From assembly GCA_016928775.1 (NCBI GenBank), contig JAFGKD010000071.1:84164-148163 (forward strand): a stretch of 64,000 bases of DNA, read 5' to 3'. Below the pieces are notes generated by a model. The model saw only the letters and a list, made by a program, of their open reading frames with translations. It was not told where the DNA came from and did not search any database. This DNA comes from Candidatus Zhuqueibacterota bacterium. Its GTDB lineage: Bacteria > Zhuqueibacterota > Zhuqueibacteria > Residuimicrobiales > Krinioviventaceae. This document shows, piece by piece, positions 10,060 to 19,371 of this stretch (position 1 is its first letter; the number at the start of each line of letters is the position of its first letter). A program made the translations under genes and the position numbers.

Positions 10060-10833
10060 TCACACTTTTTCAAATTCAACGAATAGATGCGTATCAACCA
10101 ATAGTCGCGGATCAATTCCAAGAGCCAATACTTGACGGTATATTTCTTTTTTCTCTTTATCAAGATTTTTCGCTTTACGCAATGCTCTCCGATGGGCAAG
10201 AATATTGACTGTCAAAATAAACGGGTAAAAGAAGAAAAGCAACAAGAGAGCAGTATGTCCAATGCGCAGGTGGTGGATTTTTTTTATCGTCAATCCGGAG
10301 AGACGTGCAAGCAGGCGAAGTTTTTGTATACCGATCAAAAAAATATGGCCAAAGTAAACACTGTTATCATCAGCATGCCACACCGAATCAATTTTATTGG
10401 GCGGCATAATTTTGTAAAAATGTTCGCTCTCGGTCAAAATATAGCTCAGCTTTGATCTCAAGTTTGAATAGTTTGGCGTCGTCAACAGCAAGACGCCACC
10501 TTTTTTCAGTATTCGGCTAAACTCCATGAACATATGGAGCTGATCCGCCACATGTTCGATGCCTTCCTGGCAGTGAATAAAGTCGGCATGGTCATCTTTG
10601 ATCGGCAGGTTTTTATTTAAATCGGCTTTTTTGCATTCAATTCCTTTGAGAACGAAAAATTCAGGAAACAAATCATAGGGTTCAACGCGAGCGCCCATTT
10701 CCGCAAATATCGCTGACTGACTGCCGGCGCCGGCCGGGATATCGATAACGATTTTATGCTGAAATTCTGCCTTTTTTGATTTTAAAATCGACTCGACAAA
10801 TGTGGCGATGTTTTTTTCGCCGAAAAGTTTCAT
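10060..10833 (-). CDS. Class I SAM-dependent methyltransferase (Methyltransf_11-like)
   Basis: VIDIPAGAGSQSAIFAEMGARV (motif I, glycine-rich) and ILKKGGVLLLTTPN (post-II motif). Confidence 0.7.
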   Translation of the reverse strand: MKLFGEKNIATFVESILKSKKAEFQHKIVIDIPAGAGSQSAIFAEMGARVEPYDLFPEFFVLKGIECKKADLNKNLPIKDDHADFIHCQEGIEHVADQLHMFMEFSRILKKGGVLLLTTPNYSNLRSKLSYILTESEHFYKIMPPNKIDSVWHADDNSVYFGHIFLIGIQKLRLLARLSGLTIKKIHHLRIGHTALLLLFFFYPFILTVNILAHRRALRKAKNLDKEKKEIYRQVLALGIDPRLLVDTHLFVEFEKV

Positions 10834-11655
10834 TGGTTTTCCATTTGTTTATCAGGCAATTTTACAAAATCGACATATAAAAAGCAAAAGGTCTGTATTA
10901 CATTGGGGGGAATTTTTTTGAGCTATGGTTTTCCTGTACTCCATTATACACATCTGCAAAACTGCGCTTTTTTGAAAGTTTTTAAACTCAAAACCTCCGA
11001 GTTCGCCGGGTAGCACAGAAAACAAGATGACTCGCTTTTTTCTCGGTGACCTCGTATGGTTCATGCTTTTTGGTTATGGCCTTCGTCCACGCCGTGAAAA
11101 TTTGTGGCTCATAAAGGCACGATCGCTCAGGATATCCATTCTCGGCGGACGACTCTCTTGTTCACCCGCTCTGCACATAGGCGTCAACTTTAGGCTGAAG
11201 ATAAAAGTATGGGAAATCATAATTGTATCTAATAAGCTCAAAAACAAAATCTCACCCAAAGACGCGGAGGCGCAAAGGTTCGCTAAGATAAAAATTATAG
11301 AGAAATCTCTCAAATTTTCCAAAACCTTGGCGTATCTCCGCGTCTTTGCGTCTTTGCATGAGGCATTTTTCATGTTAGGTTGACGCCAATGCGCTCTGCA
11401 GGAGAATGCAGTATGGACGTTCGGTGTCCAATCAGCCTGCCGGGATTTCGGACGCTGAGCGTCCTCCTCTGCATCCCGCCGGAGACCGGCAGGACGAGAT
11501 AATATGTTGACATAAGGAGATGTGGTCTATATGCTGCAATATGAATCGCTGATTAAAAGAATCGAACGGAAAAAAGGGATATGAAACAAAGCTGTCTCGC
11601 ATCCGTTGTTATTCATCAAATCCGTTTCATCTGTGTTCTATAAAAAATAAACGTT

Positions 11656-12729
11656 ATGCAAAACAACAGCCTTGATGATCTCTTGTATAAAATAGCTGAT
11701 GCACGGCGAAAGCCGGATTTCTCGAACCTTTTAGCCATTCTTCAGCGCCGGGTGCCGTTGCGGCCGACGTGTTTCGAATTTACCATCAATAATACAATTT
11801 ACCGGCATGTCACCGGCAAATCCGTCCCGCAAGATGGTGACGGACTCGGCTGGTCGCGCTACCTTGTCGAGGCGTTCGCAAAGCTTGGCTATGATTTTGC
11901 TGTTGTCGGCGGCTGGCACTTGAACGCGTTAGTGTTTCCATTGGGAGAAAAGCATACGGTCAAGAGCAAATCGCTCAATGACGGTGTCATGATCACTGAT
12001 CGCGCCAGCTTTGAAAAATATGCCTGGCCGGATTTGGATGTTTCGCGGCTGCAACCGCTGGCTTTGATGGCGAATGAGCTTCCTGATGGCATGAAAATTA
12101 TCTGCTGCGGATATGAAGGCATTTTAGAGACAACCATCGATCTCGTTGGTTTTGAAAACCTCTGTTTGTTGCTGTATATGGATCCTGAATTGACCGCGGA
12201 AATTTTCCGGCAGGTTGGCTCACGAATCCTGTCCTATTACCGGCATGTGGTGCAGTTCGACAGTGTCGGTGCGATCATCGCCAATGATGATTGGGGTTTC
12301 AAAACCCAAACCATGTTGGCACCGGATGATCTCCGTCGACTCGTTTTTCCGTGGTATCAAAAAATCGTTGACTTTGTGCACGCCAGCGGCAAACCGGTTA
12401 TCCTGCACTCGTGCGGCAATCCTGAGGGGATCATTGAGGATATAATCGAAAAGATGAGATTTGACGGCAAGCATTCTTACGAAGATACCATTGTGCCAGT
12501 GGAGCAAGCGATAGAGCGTTGGAGCGATCGCATCGCGATTATTGGCGGCATCGACGTAGATTTCCTGAGCACCCGTTCGGTCGATCAAATCCGCGAGCGC
12601 ACTCAAAGTATTCGCGATATCGCCATGCGTAAAGGTGGTATCGCCATTGGCTCGGGCAATTCCATTCCGGATTATATCCCGATTGACTCTTATTGCGCCA
12701 TGCAGGAAACAGCATTGGGCCTGGATTAA
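11656..12729 (+). CDS. Uroporphyrinogen decarboxylase (URO-D)-like family protein, MtaA/MtbA-type putative methylcorrinoid methyltransferase
   Basis: 357 aa. PVILHSCGNPEGIIEDII contains the HxCG zinc-ligand motif of MtaA-type methyltransferases. C-terminal GGIAIGSGNSIP. It lacks the HemE N-terminal PxWxMRQAGR block. Confidence 0.6.
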   Translation: MQNNSLDDLLYKIADARRKPDFSNLLAILQRRVPLRPTCFEFTINNTIYRHVTGKSVPQDGDGLGWSRYLVEAFAKLGYDFAVVGGWHLNALVFPLGEKHTVKSKSLNDGVMITDRASFEKYAWPDLDVSRLQPLALMANELPDGMKIICCGYEGILETTIDLVGFENLCLLLYMDPELTAEIFRQVGSRILSYYRHVVQFDSVGAIIANDDWGFKTQTMLAPDDLRRLVFPWYQKIVDFVHASGKPVILHSCGNPEGIIEDIIEKMRFDGKHSYEDTIVPVEQAIERWSDRIAIIGGIDVDFLSTRSVDQIRERTQSIRDIAMRKGGIAIGSGNSIPDYIPIDSYCAMQETALGLD

Positions 12730-12771
12730 GGAAAGAGTGGACCATATGTATGACGAATCAAGGAGGTGGTT

Positions 12772-13542
12772 ATGAAAGTGCATCTCTTTCATTTTAACCA
12801 AAGCGAGGTAGTATATCGGGCGGAGCAGCTCAAGACGCTGGGTGGCACAGTGACAACACAGCTCCCGGATGGCCCGCAGTTTTTCAAAACATTCAAAGCT
12901 GTCCCCCCGGACGTGGTCGTCATCGATTTGTCGCGTCTGCCATCCCAGGGGCGTGATATTGGCATCTACTTGCGCACCAGCAAAGCGACACGCTTCATTC
13001 CGCTGATTTTTGTCGATGGCAGCCCGGATAAAATAGCAAAAACACAAGAACAACTGCCGGATGCGATTTACACCTCCTGGGAAAAAATCGGGGAGGCGCT
13101 GACAATGGCTCTGTCTCAGCCGGTAATAAATCCTGTTGTGCCGGCCTCAAGTTTGGCGGGTTATTCCGGCACGCCGTTGCCGAAAAAGCTGGGCATAAAA
13201 GAGAATATGATAGTCGGATTGATGCACGCTCCGGCTGATTTTGCAGCACAACTCGGCCAATTGCCGCCCAATGTTACTTTGAAAAATGAGCCAGAAGCTG
13301 TCGCTTTGTTGTTATGGTTCGTGCGCTCTGTTAAACAGCTCGAAACGGATATCTCACATATGAAAAAACATGCCGGGCATGCCCGCATCTGGATGATCTG
13401 GCCGAAAAAAACATCAGCCAAAGCCAGTGATTTGACACAGCAGGTTGTACGCGATATTGGGCTCGCCGCCGGTTTGGTCGATTATAAAGTGTGTGCTATC
13501 GATGAAACCTGGTCAGGATTACTATTTACGAAAAAGAAATAA
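12772..13542 (+). CDS. Hypothetical protein
   Basis: ATG at 12772 is preceded by AGGAGG and follows the URO-D-like gene in the same direction. No recognisable motifs, and no DxHxxG B12-binding motif. The long antisense ORF at 12220-13053 is treated as spurious. Confidence 0.45.
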   Translation: MKVHLFHFNQSEVVYRAEQLKTLGGTVTTQLPDGPQFFKTFKAVPPDVVVIDLSRLPSQGRDIGIYLRTSKATRFIPLIFVDGSPDKIAKTQEQLPDAIYTSWEKIGEALTMALSQPVINPVVPASSLAGYSGTPLPKKLGIKENMIVGLMHAPADFAAQLGQLPPNVTLKNEPEAVALLLWFVRSVKQLETDISHMKKHAGHARIWMIWPKKTSAKASDLTQQVVRDIGLAAGLVDYKVCAIDETWSGLLFTKKK

Positions 13543-13587
13543 TATGAGCCCTTGAGCATAACGCTTTTGTTTCAGCTATAGCTACGC

Positions 13588-15126
13588 TCAGGCAACTTTG
13601 GAAACATTGTTCCAGTTGATACCGATTTTCGGACAAGCATACGCCATTTCTTGGGTATAATCGCCCACGGCCATCATCCAGTGAAAGCCGCGATGATCCT
13701 GCAGTAATTTTTCCCAGTCACCGTCGATGCTGACATCATACTGCGAACGGCAGATGTCGTAAAACGGATTCGCCTCAATTCGGCCCGTGAAACCAACCCA
13801 GGCTTTTTGTCCGGCATCCGGACAGACCATGGTGAAGGGTGTCTCGATAGGCAGCTCAACTTTGGGCGTAGCGCCGTAATCCGATTCAAAGTGAGTGACC
13901 ACCCGCGCGGCAGCGTATTTTTGCCCATCCATACGGCGCGGCGCGGTGCAGTGCGCGACCGTGACCATGCCGTGATGTGGAAACGTCGGGTCGTTGAGGA
14001 ACACCGGTTTGCCTGAAATATAGTGCAGCAGAATACCCGACGGGATGACATTAAAATCCGATTCGCAAAATGCGAGATAACCTTCATCGTTCAACAGACT
14101 GAGTGGCAGGCAGGCGGTCGTTTCGGAGATCGGCATGACCGTGCCCATACAGGCTTGAATTGTAAATGCAGCGGCATTATTTTCAGCGAGATATTCTTTA
14201 AAGATATCATAGAGCAGAAAGGCGTTGCTGACAAACTGCTGATCTGTATGGAGCAAAGTGTCCGGCAAATTGAGATAGTGTTGCGCCCAGTGTTGCGCGC
14301 GTTTGAGTCGGTCGCTATCGGCACGCGCGAATTTGATACGCTGGGCCAGGTCTTCATAATCCACATTGATGATGTCGAGTCCAAATTTTGTCCTGGCGAT
14401 CTCCGGCGCACCCGGATGACACCATCCCGATGAGCCGCCTAATGCGACGATCTTGCTGCCGATAAAATTGTGGACGCCATACAGACCGCGCAGCTTGCTC
14501 AACATCTCGTCATAATCATCGACGACAACGTCATGGATCGTCATACCTGAAGGATAGCGATACTCGTCCAAATCTTCGGTCTCATTGCCCTGACGCAAAA
14601 AGCGATTGTGGACAATTTCGTACCAGAGATAAATAGGGCCGGAGCGGTGGCGCAAAAAGATGAGATTGTTCCGTTTTTCCGAGAAACAAGCCTCCAGGGC
14701 AGTTGTCCAGCCGGATGCCGCGTAGACGATCGGCACATCATAATCCGCTGTTTCGCGAACTTTTTGTGCTTCTTCGACGGATCGCACTTTGACCAGCGGA
14801 CGTATCTCTAACTCGAATTCGGCTTTTCTTTGCATGGCGGCTAACTCGGAAGAAATTCGATTCACCTCTTCGGCAATATCGGCTTCCGTGTGTAAACCAC
14901 CCCAGGGACGCCATGAGGTTTGTTCCTGACGTTTGGAAATGCTATAGAGCAAAACAGGCTGGATTCTCAGCGGTTTGCCGGTGCGAATCATCGGTTTTTC
15001 AGGATTCCAATCGGTGGTCGATGCTTTTGTCGTTCCCAACGCCAAAGCTGCACCGGCTACACCCATAGCCGAGACGCCAAGGAATTCGCGTCGATTAAGT
15101 CCGGATAATGAACATGAACAGCACAT
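13588..15126 (-). CDS. Tat-exported hypothetical protein (possible sugar-isomerase-like fold)
   Basis: NRREFLGVSAMGVAGAALALG twin-arginine signal. 512 aa, function not recognised. Immediately adjacent to GH29. Confidence 0.5.
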   Translation of the reverse strand: MCCSCSLSGLNRREFLGVSAMGVAGAALALGTTKASTTDWNPEKPMIRTGKPLRIQPVLLYSISKRQEQTSWRPWGGLHTEADIAEEVNRISSELAAMQRKAEFELEIRPLVKVRSVEEAQKVRETADYDVPIVYAASGWTTALEACFSEKRNNLIFLRHRSGPIYLWYEIVHNRFLRQGNETEDLDEYRYPSGMTIHDVVVDDYDEMLSKLRGLYGVHNFIGSKIVALGGSSGWCHPGAPEIARTKFGLDIINVDYEDLAQRIKFARADSDRLKRAQHWAQHYLNLPDTLLHTDQQFVSNAFLLYDIFKEYLAENNAAAFTIQACMGTVMPISETTACLPLSLLNDEGYLAFCESDFNVIPSGILLHYISGKPVFLNDPTFPHHGMVTVAHCTAPRRMDGQKYAAARVVTHFESDYGATPKVELPIETPFTMVCPDAGQKAWVGFTGRIEANPFYDICRSQYDVSIDGDWEKLLQDHRGFHWMMAVGDYTQEMAYACPKIGINWNNVSKVA

Positions 15127-15138
15127 AAAAACCTCCTT

Positions 15139-16620
15139 TTATTTATATTCCCACAGTAATCGCTCATCATAGACAATTTTAAAAGAGTAGGCATGCTCGC
15201 ACGGTTTTTTGGTTGGGCATGCGATTTTGAGACCATCTGTGGTCAAGACCCAGTTGAGCTCCTCCGCTACACCAAGCATGGAAACGGATGTGATTTTTGT
15301 CTTGTCCAAAATGGACAACGATTTGATGACGATCTGGTCGCCCGGCCAATCCAGGGCAATGGCATACAGCGTATTCGGCCTGGTGGTGAAACGAATATCC
15401 TCGGCCGTGTAAAGCAGTGGTTTGTTGTCGATGAAACTCCCACCTTTGAACTGTGTCGGCCCTTCGCCGTATTTGAACCAGTGACGCGTCCCGTAAATTG
15501 CTTCTCCATTGACCTTGAGCCACTCGCCAATGCCCACTAAACGTTCTTTTTGTTCATCAGGAATGGAGCCATCCGCTTTTGGCGCAATATTCATCAAGGT
15601 GTTGCCATTTTTGCTGACGCGATCGATGAGATTATCGACCATTTCGTTCACGGGTTTGTAATCGATGTCTTCTACATAACACCAGGACTTCCGACTGATG
15701 GAGGTGTCGGTGATCCAGGTGTCGTGATGCAGTGAATCAAGTTGTCCACGTTCAAGGTCCAGCAGACCGGCGCCGACGGGCAGGTGGTCGTGCTTGTAGG
15801 ACACCACAACATTTGCACCCCATTCTTCACTCTTGTTGTAATAACAGGCGAGAAACTGGCGCTTGTACGGTTCGAACGGCGGTTCTTTCCAGCCAAAGTC
15901 GAACCAGATGTAATCGGGCTGATAGTTATCAACAACCTCAAGTATTTTGCCAAGCCAATTCTCGAGATAGGCTTGCGGCTCGGGTTCATCGGCGGGATGC
16001 GGTGTGCCATAGAGCTGGGCATAGCGCGCGTCTTTGGCGTCGTATTGATAGGCGAACTCAAAATGCTTCCACTTGCGCGCGTGATGGAAGCTGACCATAA
16101 ACTTGAGATTCCGTTTGCGTGCCGCTTCCGCCAACTCGCCGGTGATGTCGCGCCGCGGCCCCATATCCCAGGCATCGTATTCCGTCAATTTGGAATTCCA
16201 CATGGAAAAGCCGTCGTGATGCTCGGCTACCGGGCCAATAAATTTGGCGCCTGCCTGAACAAAGAGATCGATCCATTCATCGGCATCAAATTTTTCCGCT
16301 TTGAACATGGGAATAAAATCTTTATAGCCAAACTGATCCTGCGGCCCCCACACTGTGCGATGATGTTCAAACGTGGGATCATTTGTATCGTACATGCGAC
16401 GCGGATACCACTCGTTGCCCCAGGCCGGCACTGAATAGACGCCCCAATGAAAATAGATACCAAATTTGGCGTCTTTGAACCACTCGGGAGTGGGATGCTG
16501 GATGAGAGATTCCCAGGTTGGTTCATAAAGTTGGCTTTGTGGTTTCACCTGTCCTTGAGCGACGTGACTGGACCACAAAAGGATGAAAAAAAGCAGGAAA
16601 AGAAATGGCGATTTGATCAT
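15139..16620 (-). CDS. Alpha-L-fucosidase, GH29
   Basis: Signal peptide, then FGIYFHWGVYSVPAWGNEWYPRRMY and HHDGFSMWNS blocks characteristic of GH29. C-terminal beta-sandwich domain. Confidence 0.9.
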   Translation of the reverse strand: MIKSPFLFLLFFILLWSSHVAQGQVKPQSQLYEPTWESLIQHPTPEWFKDAKFGIYFHWGVYSVPAWGNEWYPRRMYDTNDPTFEHHRTVWGPQDQFGYKDFIPMFKAEKFDADEWIDLFVQAGAKFIGPVAEHHDGFSMWNSKLTEYDAWDMGPRRDITGELAEAARKRNLKFMVSFHHARKWKHFEFAYQYDAKDARYAQLYGTPHPADEPEPQAYLENWLGKILEVVDNYQPDYIWFDFGWKEPPFEPYKRQFLACYYNKSEEWGANVVVSYKHDHLPVGAGLLDLERGQLDSLHHDTWITDTSISRKSWCYVEDIDYKPVNEMVDNLIDRVSKNGNTLMNIAPKADGSIPDEQKERLVGIGEWLKVNGEAIYGTRHWFKYGEGPTQFKGGSFIDNKPLLYTAEDIRFTTRPNTLYAIALDWPGDQIVIKSLSILDKTKITSVSMLGVAEELNWVLTTDGLKIACPTKKPCEHAYSFKIVYDERLLWEYK

Positions 16621-16635
16621 AAGAAACCTCCAAAT

Positions 16636-19347
16636 TTATTGTCCAAATGAAAGCTGACTTTTGTAAACAGTCACTCGATGAATCTCCTCATCATCAATAC
16701 TGAAAATGCGATAGGTCACTGTTGGATCATCTGCGGTCGTATCAAAATCGAGTTGGCCAAAAGAGCATTTTTTATTATAGCCAAATATGGCGCCCGGCAT
16801 AATCGCGTGCGTGTGCATATTGGATAGTTTCGAGCTTTCAAATTCGTAAAAATCATAGCTATGTGGCCGCCGGATTTTCCAGGCGTCCGAACGATGTCGA
16901 TCGGCCGAAAGGAGAATAACGCCGTTTATGTTAGTTTTTTCGATGAAAGTAAATATCTCCTCGCGCTCTTCCGGATGCCCATCCCAGGTATCCAGGCTGC
17001 CCGGTTTTGTGCCGTGCGCCCAGGGTACGGATGAGGCGACAACCTTGAATGTTGCGGTTGATGCTTTCAGCTTGTCGAGCAGCCACTGTTTTTGTACAGC
17101 GCCGAGCATCGACGCGCCCGGATGACCCTGTGGCTGTTCACGATAGTAGCGGCAATCTAACATGAAAAAATCGACATCCCCGTAAGAAAAATCAAACCAG
17201 CAGCCCGGCTGGCTCTCACCGCCGCCGTAGAATGGATTGTTCCACTGAAACGTGAACAGCCGCCAGACATCCCTTTTCCAGGCGGGCTGTTCAACACCTG
17301 GACTGCCCTTGCCGTCGTTGAAGGTGAAATCGTGATCATCCCAAATAGCATACATTGCTGTATGGCTGGTCAATCGACGGAACTCGGGGCGACTTTGCCG
17401 GCGATAGTAGCAAAACTGCTGCACAGCCGGTCGCTCGGGATGATCGATATAGACGTTGTCGCCTAAAAGCAAAAAGAAGGGCAGGTGATGCGAGCCGATG
17501 GTGTCCCACATATACTCATGCTTTGGCGTTGCCCCGGCGCCGCCGCCAAAACCGGTGCTGAAAACAACGGATTGCCCTTTTGCAGGAAAGGTGGTAAAGT
17601 GATAAATCTTGTCCTGAACAATATCGTCGATCACCAATCGATAGTCATAGGTTGTGAGCGGCTTCAGGTCGTCGAGCAGCACAATAGCGGTGTTTTCATT
17701 TTTAGCCGTGGTTCGCTTGATGCTCGAACGAATTTTAAAGTCAAGCTCGTTTGTTTTTTTCGCCTGGATTTGAACGCTGGCTTCCTGCCGAGTTCGGAGC
17801 CAGAATTTGGCGGAATGATTCATCACATCACCGAGCAATGGACCGTGCACCAGCGCGGCATTTTGTTTCTCGACATAACGTTTGAACTTTTCACACTGTA
17901 AAAGCGGTGTGAGCAGGTCGGTTAAACCGCAGGTAAAACGGCAAAGGGGCACACCGGTTTCAATGGCTTTGGTCATGTATTCAAAGGCTTGCTCCGGATT
18001 TTTTTTTGCAGCGTAAACCGCCGCATAGCCATAATAGCCCTCCGGATCATTCGGGAAGGTCTGCATGAACAGATCGAGGAAGTTGAGCGCATGGTCAAAA
18101 TATCCCAGCTCTGCAAAAAAGACCACTTCACGAATGTAGCGTTTGTACTGGTGCTCCGGTCCGAGCGGCTCAAAAGCCAGTTTCTCCTCGTGCTCCGGCA
18201 ACACATCCTGTACCGCACCGAATTGTGTTAACAAGGCATCAACATCGGCTTTGTCGTACGGGATCGTCCGATAGAGCGGCATGCGCTCACCCTGGAGCGT
18301 CCGGTCGCTGTTCCAATATTCCCAAACGATCTCACCCTTTGCCGTGACCTCGATCAGGTGTCCGCGATCCGATTCCGCAATCAGCGTGTTGCCGTTTTTT
18401 AGTCGATTATTAGAGCCGCGTGACGGCGAATAAAATGATGTTTTAGGATCACCGGCATAGGTCCACACAATGGCGCCGGTCAGCGGCTCGATCTCCAAAA
18501 TTCGCGTGTAACCGCGTGATGCATTCGATGTATGTCGACCATTATCGTACACGAGAATGTTACCGTTCGCCAGCATGGTGGGATGGTGCGGCCCCTGCAG
18601 TTCGTGAGGCCCCCACGCCCAGACGATGTCACCGGACTGCCTATCAACGACAAAGATGGTATTTGCATGCCGGCCGCACATCAGCACATTGCCGGGTCGG
18701 AATCGTGCATCTTTGTCCGCTATCGGATTGTTCGGCAGCACTTCGCACGTGTTGATGTGCGGCCAATCACGAAATTCAGCAGCCGGCGGCAGCGGCTGCT
18801 CGACGAATTTTTCGAGATCTTGCAGGTGATCTCTGAACTGCCAGGTCCAGATCTGCTCACCCGTCTCGCTGAATTCAACCACTTCATCCATGGCAAGCTG
18901 TTGTCCCGGATGCCACGGATTGTCGACATCCCGCCGCGAAACCACCAGAGTATGGCCGTTTTCCGTGCGAGCCACATCGTGATGGGCGCGTAATGTGGCT
19001 TTCCACACCAGGTTGCTGAACCAATCCAGCTCAAAAATCATCTCATCTTTGATGATGACCAGCAGATTGCCATTCGGCAACATTTCGGCATAATGCCAGG
19101 TCATACCAAAGCCGCTGAAATCGCTCGTCGCTTCCTCAGTCGGGGCATAATACCAGGAGTGTACGACTCGCCCATCCGGGCGCAAGAGGTGAGCAGCAGT
19201 CAAAAAACGACTGCTGATGAGGCGATAACAATCATCAACTTTAGCCTGATTGTGAATGATAATACCTTGCGGTTCTTCTGCTCGCAAGATAACGCTTGCA
19301 GCGAACAGGCAAAATAAAAGGACAAGAACTTTTTTCATGACACTCAT
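16636..19347 (-). CDS. Secreted tripartite fusion: arylsulfotransferase(ASST)-like beta-propeller, TPR linker, PhoD-like metallophosphatase
   Basis: 903 aa. The N-terminal ~400 aa has ASST/propeller-like repeats (NGNLLV, NGNILVYDNG, NGNTLIAESDRGHLIEVTAKGEIVWEY). The middle has TPR-like helices. The C-terminus has PhoD/calcineurin-like motifs LLLGDNVYIDH, IWDDHDFTFNDG and GVILLSADRH. Confidence 0.6.
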   Translation of the reverse strand: MSVMKKVLVLLFCLFAASVILRAEEPQGIIIHNQAKVDDCYRLISSRFLTAAHLLRPDGRVVHSWYYAPTEEATSDFSGFGMTWHYAEMLPNGNLLVIIKDEMIFELDWFSNLVWKATLRAHHDVARTENGHTLVVSRRDVDNPWHPGQQLAMDEVVEFSETGEQIWTWQFRDHLQDLEKFVEQPLPPAAEFRDWPHINTCEVLPNNPIADKDARFRPGNVLMCGRHANTIFVVDRQSGDIVWAWGPHELQGPHHPTMLANGNILVYDNGRHTSNASRGYTRILEIEPLTGAIVWTYAGDPKTSFYSPSRGSNNRLKNGNTLIAESDRGHLIEVTAKGEIVWEYWNSDRTLQGERMPLYRTIPYDKADVDALLTQFGAVQDVLPEHEEKLAFEPLGPEHQYKRYIREVVFFAELGYFDHALNFLDLFMQTFPNDPEGYYGYAAVYAAKKNPEQAFEYMTKAIETGVPLCRFTCGLTDLLTPLLQCEKFKRYVEKQNAALVHGPLLGDVMNHSAKFWLRTRQEASVQIQAKKTNELDFKIRSSIKRTTAKNENTAIVLLDDLKPLTTYDYRLVIDDIVQDKIYHFTTFPAKGQSVVFSTGFGGGAGATPKHEYMWDTIGSHHLPFFLLLGDNVYIDHPERPAVQQFCYYRRQSRPEFRRLTSHTAMYAIWDDHDFTFNDGKGSPGVEQPAWKRDVWRLFTFQWNNPFYGGGESQPGCWFDFSYGDVDFFMLDCRYYREQPQGHPGASMLGAVQKQWLLDKLKASTATFKVVASSVPWAHGTKPGSLDTWDGHPEEREEIFTFIEKTNINGVILLSADRHRSDAWKIRRPHSYDFYEFESSKLSNMHTHAIMPGAIFGYNKKCSFGQLDFDTTADDPTVTYRIFSIDDEEIHRVTVYKSQLSFGQ

Positions 19348-19371
19348 CTTTCTTCACTCTGATTGGATATA

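Noticed and set aside
9426-10199. Longer 257-aa version of the carbonic anhydrase ORF
   Set aside because: The N-terminal 61 residues are basic and low-complexity and would overlap the upstream methyltransferase gene by 140 bp. The internal ATG at 10016 gives a normal-length beta-CA.
11395-11520. Possible cobalamin riboswitch upstream of the URO-D-like gene
   Set aside because: The region is GC-rich and has nested stems, but no B12-box (GCCACTG-type) consensus. It is kept only as a generic structured-leader candidate.
12220-13053. 277-aa ORF on the minus strand
   Set aside because: It overlaps, in antisense, both the URO-D-like gene and the downstream gene with its AGGAGG-preceded ATG. It has no motifs and is typical of spurious long antisense frames in GC-balanced DNA.
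15742-16434. 230-aa plus-strand ORF inside the GH29 gene
   Set aside because: It is antisense to a confidently identified fucosidase and has no motifs. The same applies to other embedded antisense ORFs (5559-6020, 18532-18993, 25756-26520, 31044-31568, 58331-58816, 59774-60457, 61177-61689).
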